Shown piece after piece: positions 20,366-29,012 of a DNA stretch of 64,000 bases. The position numbers and the translations under genes were made by a program. Position 1 is the first letter of the stretch. Each line of letters opens with the position of its first letter. The DNA comes from an uncultured Chloroflexia bacterium. Lineage in GTDB: Bacteria; Chloroflexota; Anaerolineae; Anaerolineales; UBA4823. Under the pieces are notes generated by a model, which was not told the origin of the DNA, ran no database searches, and was given only the letters and a program-made list of their open reading frames with translations. The stretch covers positions 543,616 to 607,615 of the forward strand of contig CAVVAJ010000007.1 of the NCBI GenBank assembly GCA_963746255.1, given 5' to 3'.

Positions 20366-21178
20366 GTGCAAGCATTCATAATCATAGTCCTCGTGTGTGT
20401 TTCAGCCCTGTTTTTGCTCTGGCTTGGTTTACGAGTAAAACCAAAGTCTTTCCCCGCATATGAGGTGGAAAGTACTGCCTCGCAACTGGTTGATCTACCT
20501 GTTGGCTTGCCGGGACCCGTAGCACGGTTTTTCCACAGCTTCTATGGTAATCAGATACCCATCTTGACCACCGCTATCATCACCGGACGGGCACAAATCC
20601 GGCTCTTTGGTATCACTTTCCCCTCCCGTTTCCGGTTTGTCCATCTCGCTGGCCAGGATTACCGCCATTATATTGAAGCTACGATCTTTGGTTTCCCCTT
20701 CGTAAAAGTGAACGAGTTCTATCTGGATGGTATCTCGCGGCTGGAAACACCTGGAGGGGTGATCGAAAATGAGTTCAACGTCAATCAAGCCGCGAATTTA
20801 GGTCTTTGGGCGGAATTGATTTGGCTGCCTGCCCTATTCCTCACCGACGAGCGCGTCACATGGAGCGAAATTGACGAAGATACTGCCTCAGTATCGGTGC
20901 CATTCGGGGATGAGGAGCAAACGATGATCATCCGGTTTGACCCTGAAACTGGGATGATCAGCCATTTGGAAGCGATGCGCTATCGAGATACGGATGACAA
21001 GCACAAAACATTATGGATCAATCAGGCACACGGGATGAATATAATTGGAGATTACAAAGTGTTATCTCCAGGGGCAGTGATCTGGTTGGACCAAGGCAAG
21101 CCGTGGGCGGTTTTTTCTGTCGAAGACGTGGTATATAATGTAGATATATCTGAATACCTCCGAAAACATGGAGTTTGA
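20366..21178 (+). CDS. Membrane-anchored hypothetical protein, DUF6544-like
   Basis: N-terminal TM helix; LPGPVARF, NLGLWAE..WLP..L..DERVTW pattern recalled for this family. Confidence 0.65.
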   Translation: MQAFIIIVLVCVSALFLLWLGLRVKPKSFPAYEVESTASQLVDLPVGLPGPVARFFHSFYGNQIPILTTAIITGRAQIRLFGITFPSRFRFVHLAGQDYRHYIEATIFGFPFVKVNEFYLDGISRLETPGGVIENEFNVNQAANLGLWAELIWLPALFLTDERVTWSEIDEDTASVSVPFGDEEQTMIIRFDPETGMISHLEAMRYRDTDDKHKTLWINQAHGMNIIGDYKVLSPGAVIWLDQGKPWAVFSVEDVVYNVDISEYLRKHGV

Positions 21179-21274
21179 TTATTTTTCATCTGAAAGTATT
21201 TGTGCGTGCAATCTAGGCAAACTGATCGTAAGCAACTCACTACATATCAATGGAATCATATAAGGAGTGCTGAA

Positions 21275-22054
21275 ATGAAAGTCGAAAAGCGATTAATTGT
21301 GGGCTTACTGGTTATGGCAGCGATTTTAATTGGTTGCCAACCAGCGGATACCCCTACCGCTGCTACCCCTACGGTAGTGAGTGAGTCAGTGGATACCCCG
21401 CAGGCAGTGAAGAATCTTACTCCTCAACCTGCAGGTGATTCTCAGGTTACCCCAACCTCAACACCTGAAGCAGATCCGCGTGAAGAGTTGGGTAAGCCAA
21501 CTTGGCGGGCGACCTTTGGCCCCGAGACGGATCAAACTTGGGGCTCATTCGACGACCAGCAGGCCAAAGTTGAGGTGCTCCCTGGGGGCTTAGTATTGAC
21601 CGCCAAGAAAGACAACAGCTTTGATACATGGAGCCTGTCATATCCTACGCTGAGTGATTTCTACCTGGAAATTGTCGGTACCAGTGGACCTGTTTGCGCT
21701 GGTAAGGATCGCTATGGCCCAATTGTCCGGGCGCCCGAAAATAATATGGGATACATTTTCCAAATCAGCTGCGATGGTATGTTCCAGGTCCGCAAATGGG
21801 ATGGTGAACAGTACACCGATATCGTTAAATGGACGCCCAGCGAGTATATTGTCCCTGGCTCGAATCAGACCCACCGGCTTGGATATATGGCTGAAGGCAG
21901 CCAGATGGCGGTTTACGTTAATGGGTTCTTGCTGGCTGAGTTTGATGATTCCAGCTATCCAGAAGGCAAGTTTGGCGTAACCATCGCTGCTTCAGACACC
22001 CAAGGCTTCACAGTTACAATAACGGATGCAGAATATTGGGAATTGCCCCAGTAA
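21275..22054 (+). CDS. Lipoprotein with Pro/Thr linker and C-terminal beta-sandwich (DUF1080/lectin-like) domain
   Basis: AAGGAG RBS before ATG 21275; lipobox LIGC; PT-rich linker; YVNG..DSSYPEGKFG. Confidence 0.7.
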   Translation: MKVEKRLIVGLLVMAAILIGCQPADTPTAATPTVVSESVDTPQAVKNLTPQPAGDSQVTPTSTPEADPREELGKPTWRATFGPETDQTWGSFDDQQAKVEVLPGGLVLTAKKDNSFDTWSLSYPTLSDFYLEIVGTSGPVCAGKDRYGPIVRAPENNMGYIFQISCDGMFQVRKWDGEQYTDIVKWTPSEYIVPGSNQTHRLGYMAEGSQMAVYVNGFLLAEFDDSSYPEGKFGVTIAASDTQGFTVTITDAEYWELPQ

Positions 22055-22119
22055 TCGTTTGGCATGCTGTGGGCAATGAATAATTAATTTAGGGTGTATC
22101 GCCAGATGTAGTTTACGTC

Positions 22120-22150
22120 ACTGCCTGGTATCAGTATGCCAGGCAGTTTT
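22120..22150 (+). terminator. Probable intrinsic terminator
   Basis: ACTGCCTGGTAT-CAGT-ATGCCAGGCAGT then TTT. Confidence 0.65.
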
Positions 22151-22155
22151 ATTGC

Positions 22156-22184
22156 TTGCTTTTAGACCACTTTTCTTGTATGCT
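22156..22184 (+). promoter_or_regulatory. Sigma70-type promoter of the adenosine-kinase-family gene
   Basis: TTGCTT, 17 bp, TATGCT, followed by an AAGGAG RBS. Confidence 0.55.
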
Positions 22185-22209
22185 CTTATAGGAAAGGAGC
22201 GTTTCTGAC

Positions 22210-22695
22210 ATGGAGATAACTGCAGTAGCCATTGAAAAACCCGAGCAGATCAATTTCGTCTTAGGGCAATCCCATTTCATCAAAACAGTGGAAGACATCC
22301 ATGAGGCCTTGGTCACAGCAGTTCCGGGGATAAAATTTGGGCTTGCATTTTGTGAGGCGTCCGGGAAATGTCTTATCCGCTGGAGCGGCACCGATGATGA
22401 GATGATTAAATTAGCCCAGAAAAATGCTCAGGTGATTGCTGCCGGTCATAGTTTTATCCTATTCCTTGGGGCGGGTTATTTTCCAATAAATGTCCTCAAC
22501 GCGATCAAGCAGGTCCCCGAAGTTTGCCGGATTTTCTGTGCGACCGCCAATCCTGTGGATGTGATTGTGACCGAAACCACACAGGGTCGCGGCATCCTTG
22601 GAGTGGTCGATGGATTCTCTCCCCAAGGGGTGGAAGCCGAGCAGGATATAGAGTGGCGCAAAGGTTTTCTACGGACAATTGGCTATAAGGCATAG
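22210..22695 (+). CDS. Adenosine-specific kinase family protein (PF04008-like)
   Basis: GQSHFIKTVED, FGLAFCEASG, FPINVLNAIKQVPEVCRIFCATANP, GRGILGVVDG. Confidence 0.9.
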   Translation: MEITAVAIEKPEQINFVLGQSHFIKTVEDIHEALVTAVPGIKFGLAFCEASGKCLIRWSGTDDEMIKLAQKNAQVIAAGHSFILFLGAGYFPINVLNAIKQVPEVCRIFCATANPVDVIVTETTQGRGILGVVDGFSPQGVEAEQDIEWRKGFLRTIGYKA

Positions 22696-22914
22696 CCCGA
22701 TCGAACCGTCACTTAAAGGGCCTAATAGTTCATTGGACATCTCTTGAGTGGGTGGCAATAATGCATATTGGGTCGGAGTAGATCCTATCCGCAAGGTTTG
22801 CAGCCATTACCCCAGTTCATACTGATTGATTATCAGCTCTTCAGGATTTTACCGAAATGACCTGAGAAGGTTTGCTCTCGACGATCTGGCGAAATCCAAA
22901 TATTAGGGGCTTTT

Positions 22915-25731
22915 ATGACCATGGATCAGGCTCTATTAGCCACTAAACTCTATATCCCACCTCCGCGTGGCGACCTGGTTCAGCGGGATCGTTTACTAAA
23001 AAAACTGCGCCAGGGGTTATCACGTAAACTCATCCTTGTTTCTGCACCGGCCGGCTTTGGAAAATCAACCCTGCTTAGTGAATGTGCGGCAAGTTGCGGG
23101 TATCCAGTAGCTTGGATCTCATTAGATCGTGCTGATAACAACCCTCACCGTATCATTGCCTATATGATTACTGCTGTGAAGAGTGTCTCTGCTGGTTTAG
23201 GGGATGACATCCTAGCAAGTGTCAGCGGTTCCGAACCACCAGCCATAGACGGTATCTTGACCAAATTCATCAATGATGTCGCTGCGGCAAAAACAGATTT
23301 CGTGCTGGTATTGGATGACTATCATGAAATTACCGCCGACAGTGTCCACAAAGCAGTGACTTTTATCATTGATAACCAACCTCCTACCATGCATCTCGTG
23401 ATTTCGGGACGCGCAGATCCGCCTTTCCCATTGGCGCGGCTGCGTGCACGCGGGGACTTGTTTGAAATCAGAGTGAAAGATCTGCGGTTCTCACTAGAGG
23501 AAACCGCGATGTTCATTAACGACCTGATGGGTCTTGGTCTCACTGAAGAGGATATTGCTGCCTTAGATGTCCGTACAGAGGGCTGGATTGCAGGCTTACA
23601 AATGGCTGCATTGTCGATGCAAGGCCAGGCGGATACGGCCGCTTTTGTACGTTTGTTTTCAGCTAGCCATCGTTTTATTCTTGATTATTTGGTGGAAGAA
23701 GTACTTGATGGCCAGCCGGCCGTAGTTCAAAATTTCCTTCTGCGAACGGCGGTGCTCACCCGAATGTCGGCACCGCTGTGTCAGTTTATCTTGGCTGGTG
23801 AAGACGGTTTCAGCGATGATTTTTCACAACCTATCCCGATTGAAGTACAAAAGCACCAACTGACCAACTGCCAGGATATTTTAGAATATCTTGACGAGGC
23901 AAATCTCTTTGTTATTCCGCTCGATGATCGTCGCGGCTGGTATCGCTACCATCATCTGTTTAGAGATTTACTCCTTAAACGTCTGCAAAGTAGCTCCCCA
24001 TCTGCGGAGAGAAAGCTTCATGCCGCAGCAAGTATCTGGTTTGATGAGAACGGCTTTGTTGATGAAGCGATTGACCATGCCTTTGCAGGCAGGGATTTTG
24101 AGTATGCTGCTGATCTAGTCGAGCGCTATGCACTGCAGTTCATCATTGAGAGCAGGCTGATAACACTCTCCAATTGGCTTGAGCGACTGCCCGAGTATGT
24201 TGCTGTGGATCGACCCTGGTTGTGTGTTTACCATGCGTGGACCAGGTATTGGATGGGGCAATGGGATCAGGTAGCCCCCTGCTTACTGATAGCGGAACAT
24301 AAGCTTGAGCAGATTGCGAACACGGACGCGCCCCCTCTGCGAGAGCCGAAAGATCCATCTTTACTCACGAACGATATCCGCGGGAGTATCGCTGCCATAA
24401 AAGGTTACGACACCTCTACTACGGGAGATACTCCGAAGGTGATCCGACTTTTTAACACTGCGATGGACCTGCTCGATCAAAATGATTATATGTACTCACT
24501 GGCTAGTTTGGGTTTAGGCGAGGCCTATTCATTGACAGGTAATCATCAAGCTGGTATGCAGGCATTTTCAGAAACATGCCGGAATTCATTGTTGAATGGT
24601 TACCGCTCTTTAGCGGTATCGGCAACGACGTTATTGGGCGATGAATATTCTTTCCAGGGTTACCTTTCTTCAGCTGAGAAGGTATACATTGAGGCAATCG
24701 ATAACGCGGCTGACCAAGCTGGGCAGCGGTTGCTAGCAGTGGGCTTTCCGATGGTGCGCTTGGGGGCTTTATACCTGGATTTGTGCGAGGTGGAGAGAGC
24801 CCAGCAGCTGATCCCTGAAGGGCTAGAACTGTGTCATCAATGGGGGCATCCCGGATTTCTGAGTGATGCTTATCTCAGCCAATTTAACTTGAGTCTTGCA
24901 CAAGGTGATTTAAGTGTAGCGGAAAAAGATCTCGAAAAACTAGATTCTTTGATCCGGTCTGCCCATCTTGATACTACACAGTTAACCCTAGCGGATGGCG
25001 CTCACGTACTTTTTTGGCAGGCAGCGGAGGACTGGTTGTCATTAGCTGGCTGGATCAAAGAGAATCCTTGGGATGTTGGCGGAGAAATTGTTAATATCTA
25101 CGAAGTATTGGAAGCCCTCAACTACGCACGTGCCGTAATTTATGAGGGGATAGCCCATCCAACCCGCCAATCGATTGAGCAGGGGCTGAAAATATTGGAA
25201 AGATTGCCTGCTGAAATTGGTGACAGCCGCTGGTTGAAATTGAGGGTGCAGACATTTATATTGCAGGCAGTCGGTTATCAGGCTCTTGCAAAAGGATCTC
25301 AGGCGGTTGAAGCCCTTCACAAAGCTCTAAAACTAAGTCAGGCTGCAGAATATATCTCACCATATCTTTCTGATGCGAACTATGTGGTTGAGCTACTCAA
25401 AGGCGCGGACTACCCTGGTATATCAAGTACGTACCTGGAGAAGATATTCCGGGCGGAGCACCAACGGGAATCGCGTACGCGAGTTTCTCACATACAACGT
25501 GAAAGAAAACTGCTGGAAACAGCTCACATTGGCTTGGTTGAACCGTTAAGTGAACGGGAGCTGGAGGTGCTGCGTTTGTTAATGACCAGCCTGACCAGCA
25601 CGGAAATCGCCGCGGAGTTATATATTTCCGTCAGCACTGTACGAACCCATATTAAGAATATATACAGCAAGCTGGGTGTCCACAAGCGGCTTGAGGCTGT
25701 CCAGGTCGGTCGTGATCTAGACTTACTGTAA
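22915..25731 (+). CDS. MalT-like STAND ATPase / TPR / LuxR-HTH transcriptional activator (copy 1)
   Basis: LLATKLYIP, Walker A APAGFGKST, Walker B LVLDDYH, TEGWIAGLQ, WYRYHHLF, C-terminal EPLSERELEVL..STVRTHIKNIYSKLGV. Confidence 0.95.
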   Translation: MTMDQALLATKLYIPPPRGDLVQRDRLLKKLRQGLSRKLILVSAPAGFGKSTLLSECAASCGYPVAWISLDRADNNPHRIIAYMITAVKSVSAGLGDDILASVSGSEPPAIDGILTKFINDVAAAKTDFVLVLDDYHEITADSVHKAVTFIIDNQPPTMHLVISGRADPPFPLARLRARGDLFEIRVKDLRFSLEETAMFINDLMGLGLTEEDIAALDVRTEGWIAGLQMAALSMQGQADTAAFVRLFSASHRFILDYLVEEVLDGQPAVVQNFLLRTAVLTRMSAPLCQFILAGEDGFSDDFSQPIPIEVQKHQLTNCQDILEYLDEANLFVIPLDDRRGWYRYHHLFRDLLLKRLQSSSPSAERKLHAAASIWFDENGFVDEAIDHAFAGRDFEYAADLVERYALQFIIESRLITLSNWLERLPEYVAVDRPWLCVYHAWTRYWMGQWDQVAPCLLIAEHKLEQIANTDAPPLREPKDPSLLTNDIRGSIAAIKGYDTSTTGDTPKVIRLFNTAMDLLDQNDYMYSLASLGLGEAYSLTGNHQAGMQAFSETCRNSLLNGYRSLAVSATTLLGDEYSFQGYLSSAEKVYIEAIDNAADQAGQRLLAVGFPMVRLGALYLDLCEVERAQQLIPEGLELCHQWGHPGFLSDAYLSQFNLSLAQGDLSVAEKDLEKLDSLIRSAHLDTTQLTLADGAHVLFWQAAEDWLSLAGWIKENPWDVGGEIVNIYEVLEALNYARAVIYEGIAHPTRQSIEQGLKILERLPAEIGDSRWLKLRVQTFILQAVGYQALAKGSQAVEALHKALKLSQAAEYISPYLSDANYVVELLKGADYPGISSTYLEKIFRAEHQRESRTRVSHIQRERKLLETAHIGLVEPLSERELEVLRLLMTSLTSTEIAAELYISVSTVRTHIKNIYSKLGVHKRLEAVQVGRDLDLL

Positions 25732-25803
25732 TATATCTTTATACGTTTCTCCTCTCCTCCACCTTGCTAGGGGAGATTTCTCATTCTTCAGACGTCTTTT
25801 CAT

Positions 25804-25863
25804 AATCCCCCACCGGAATACCTAATTTATAGGATGACGTTTCACCAAGGATATAGCTATCCT
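25804..25863 (+). promoter_or_regulatory. Putative MalT-like operator plus promoter (module 1)
   Basis: AATCCCC-N6-AATACCT-N6-TAGGATG-AC; -35 ATGACG (25834), 18 bp, -10 TATCCT (25858); same layout recurs after the other two MalT-like genes. Confidence 0.65.
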
Positions 25864-25921
25864 TATTATGATTTGATGGGTAAACCGCCGCAAATTTCGT
25901 CTATCGTGAAAGGCTATTCCG

Positions 25922-26167
25922 ATGTTCAGTGAGCGAGATGTTTGGGTTCAAAGTATTCGTCGCCATGAGCTAGAAGAGGCTGCAAAAGGGCATCGTTTCG
26001 CCAAGCAGTTCCCGAGGCATAATCAAGCTGGTAGATCTTTGATCCACCCACGATTACATATGCTCGGAAAGTTGTTAGTAAAGCTCGGGATTTGGTTGCA
26101 GCGTCGTTACTCAGATTCGAACTGCTTTCAGCCACCTGCTCGAAGGTTATCAGGGCAGATCCATTAA
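25922..26167 (+). CDS. Small basic hypothetical protein (81 aa)
   Basis: First ORF after the module-1 promoter; RRHELEEAAKGHR...LGKLLVKLGIWLQRRY helical pattern; GAAAGG upstream. Confidence 0.6.
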   Translation: MFSERDVWVQSIRRHELEEAAKGHRFAKQFPRHNQAGRSLIHPRLHMLGKLLVKLGIWLQRRYSDSNCFQPPARRLSGQIH

Positions 26168-26220
26168 GGGTGGCTATTCACCTAGCCCCTTTCCCGATTA
26201 TCGACAATAAGGTAGTGCCG

Positions 26221-26454
26221 ATGGCCTATGGACGTGAGTTCGACACAGAATCGATTTATAAAATAAGGGTCCGCGGGAGTATCAGCAGTGATTTGGATGA
26301 TTGGTTTGAGGGTTTCAATGTCAAGCTGCTGAGCCAAAACGAAATCATGATCACTGGACCAATCGCTGACCAGGCTGCACTGCACGGATTTTTGGCTACG
26401 CTGAGCAACCTGGGGCTAACACTCGTTCACGTGGAACTCTTGGCGAACAAATAA
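26221..26454 (+). CDS. Small hypothetical 'DQAAL' protein (77 aa; possible ACT/ferredoxin-like fold)
   Basis: YKIRVRG..DDWFEGF..ITGPIADQAALHGFL..L.NLGLTLVHV; paralogue at 38206; ATG 26221 preferred over the ORF-track start 26092. Confidence 0.8.
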   Translation: MAYGREFDTESIYKIRVRGSISSDLDDWFEGFNVKLLSQNEIMITGPIADQAALHGFLATLSNLGLTLVHVELLANK

Positions 26455-27050
26455 GTTGATAACTGTGGCGTCTATTTGTTAACCGATCATGGCTGTCGCT
26501 GCCGATACACAAGGAAGTGGTGTAGTGGGCTCTCGCGTTTCTCCAGGAAGTTAGGGTTACCCGCCAGGGCAGCATAATCAGAGGGTTATTGGTGCAGGAA
26601 TACCTTCTTTGTAAGCCCCAGGCGTTAAGGTTGTGAGGCGAGACAGAGGAGAGCGATCATAAAAAGCTTTTTGGGAAAGTCACCCCTTACCACCTCTCCT
26701 CTCAATAATTACAATTCTTATCTTCATTTTTTGTCATGTGGAACTACCAAAATCTCTTAATTTGCATAGAATTAAGCCTAAAGCGGATTTATCCAGGTTC
26801 AATCCAGAGGTCTGGGTACCTTGGGTTCAAATTGATACCTATCGCAGGTTGGTGATTTGTCGAGAGAAATACTAAGATAAAATTGGAATCTAAGCAGAGA
26901 AAAATTTCATTTATAATCGTGAAATGTTTACATCGGTTTCCATTAAGGAAATGTCCCGCGACAATAGCATCAGATTTACGTAGATAAATACGGGTGCTGA
27001 TGGTAGATTTCCAGAGATGCTAATTTGCAGAGATTATAAGGAGTGCGTTC

Positions 27051-28220
27051 ATGTCCAAAAGAGTTGCTATCTTAACCGGCGGTGGGGATGTACCGGGCTT
27101 GAACATGTGCATCAAGAGCCTGGTATACCAGCTGATCGATTCTGCTTATGAACCCATAGGCGTGCGTAAGGGCTGGCAGGGCATGATTAACTATAACCCT
27201 GCAGACCCATCTGCCTACAGCGAGCAATTCATTGAGCTAACCAAAAATATGGTGCGTTCGATTGACCGCACTCCCGGGTCATTTTTGCATTCGTCACGCC
27301 TCGATCCTCGCAAGCTGGGACCGGACAATGTGCCCGAGTTCATGGATGCAAAGGATCTTGAGTTTTTTGATTTAACAGATCACATCTTGAAAGCCATCAC
27401 GGCGTTGGGTTTTCAAGCCGTAATTGTCCTGGGCGATGACGACATGCTGAATTTTGCTGCTCATCTCAGCCAGCGGGGTGCGCCGGTGGTAGCGATTCCG
27501 AAAACGATCCATAACAATATCCTCGGGACAGACTACACTTTGGGGTTTAGTACAGGCCTAGCCCGGGGCGTATCTCTCATTCACGATTTGCGCGCGTTAG
27601 CCGGGTCACGCGAACAAATCCTGGTGGTCGAGACTTTCGCTGCTCAATCCGGCTACAGCACGTTGTTGATGTCTTGGCTAGCTGGGGCCGACCGGACCAT
27701 TATCCCAGAGGTCGAGTATGACCCGGAAAAATTATCCAATTTATTACTGCAGGATAAAAACCAGACCCCGGCAAATTACGCCGTCTTGGTGGTTACTGAT
27801 GGATCGCACCCGCAGCCAGCAAAACTGGATAAATACGCGGAATTGTTTTCAGAGCCATCTGTGAACGGCGATTTATCGCTAGGGTTCCGGGGGAATGGTA
27901 TGCTGGGGAGCGGTTTGATCGCTGCGAAACTGGTCTCCCATGTCTGTAGTGAGGAGGTGATTTACCAACCGCTTACCTATTTGCTGCGGTCTGGTTCACC
28001 GGACGGTCAGGACCTGCTCGGAGCAGCGAATTTTGCCCTCACTGCGGTTCATTTAATCAATCAAGGCAGCTTTGGGCGGATGACGGCCTTTGTACAGGAA
28101 AAAATGTGGACAGACGTGGATTTAGAGATCGTTCTTGGGGGAGTAAAAACTGTCGATATTTCAGATTGGTATGACGTGGAACGATATAAGCCGAAATTGT
28201 CTTTGATTTGGTCAGCCTAA
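27051..28220 (+). CDS. 6-phosphofructokinase (PfkA) family protein with degenerate catalytic motifs
   Basis: ILTGGGDVPGLN, FLHSSR, GTDYTLGFST, IIPE, YLLRSG; but GDDD, PKTIHNN and ETFAA replace GGD(G/D), PKTIDND and (M/F)GR. Confidence 0.85.
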   Translation: MSKRVAILTGGGDVPGLNMCIKSLVYQLIDSAYEPIGVRKGWQGMINYNPADPSAYSEQFIELTKNMVRSIDRTPGSFLHSSRLDPRKLGPDNVPEFMDAKDLEFFDLTDHILKAITALGFQAVIVLGDDDMLNFAAHLSQRGAPVVAIPKTIHNNILGTDYTLGFSTGLARGVSLIHDLRALAGSREQILVVETFAAQSGYSTLLMSWLAGADRTIIPEVEYDPEKLSNLLLQDKNQTPANYAVLVVTDGSHPQPAKLDKYAELFSEPSVNGDLSLGFRGNGMLGSGLIAAKLVSHVCSEEVIYQPLTYLLRSGSPDGQDLLGAANFALTAVHLINQGSFGRMTAFVQEKMWTDVDLEIVLGGVKTVDISDWYDVERYKPKLSLIWSA

Positions 28221-28256
28221 CAGTTTGAAGGTTTCGTTGGTGTTTGGAGAAGGCAT

Positions 28257-28988
28257 ATGAGCAGTAATGGCAGTAGCAATAATCATATCGTTAATCTAGT
28301 CGATATCACTAAAAACTTTCCCGTTGGGGATCGCGAGATAATTGTCTTGAAAGGTATATCCTTCGCTGTCGAACCCGGTGAATTCCTCTCCATAGTTGGA
28401 CCCTCTGGAAATGGTAAATCAACTTTGCTGAACATGATCACCGGCATCGATCGGCCAACATCTGGAGAGGTCATCGTTACTGGCCGTAAGGTCCATAATA
28501 TGAGCGAGAACAAGCTCGCCGCGTGGCGTGGCCAACATGTCGGTATTGTCTTCCAGTTCTTTCAAATGCTGCCTGCGCTGAGTTTGATCCAGAACATTAT
28601 GCTTCCGATGGACTTTGCGAAGAAATATTCACGTAAGGAAAAGAGTAAGCGTGCCATGGAGTTGCTGGAGATCGTTGACTTGGCTGACCAGGCGGAAAAA
28701 CTTCCCGGTATGGTTTCCGGTGGCCAGCAGCAGCGGGCCGCGATTGCTCGTGCGCTGGCGAATGATCCAGAGATCATTGTTGCGGATGAACCCACCGGAA
28801 ACCTGGATACACGTACCGCTAACGTTATATTTGATCTTTTCCTGAAATTAGCTGATCAAGGCAAGACGCTCATCATGGTGACACATAATAAGGAGTTGTC
28901 GCGCCGCGTCCCTCGGGTAGTCGAAATTATCGATGGCAAAATCACCCGCGATGAATTTATCGGCGGAGCGGTCTGGACAGGGTATTAA
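28257..28988 (+). CDS. ABC exporter ATP-binding protein (LolD/MacB-type)
   Basis: GPSGNGKST, VFQFFQML, VSGGQQQRAAIARAL, ADEPTGNLD, MVTH. Confidence 0.93.
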   Translation: MSSNGSSNNHIVNLVDITKNFPVGDREIIVLKGISFAVEPGEFLSIVGPSGNGKSTLLNMITGIDRPTSGEVIVTGRKVHNMSENKLAAWRGQHVGIVFQFFQMLPALSLIQNIMLPMDFAKKYSRKEKSKRAMELLEIVDLADQAEKLPGMVSGGQQQRAAIARALANDPEIIVADEPTGNLDTRTANVIFDLFLKLADQGKTLIMVTHNKELSRRVPRVVEIIDGKITRDEFIGGAVWTGY

Positions 28989-29012
28989 AGACAAGAGGGA
29001 ATAGTTGACGCC

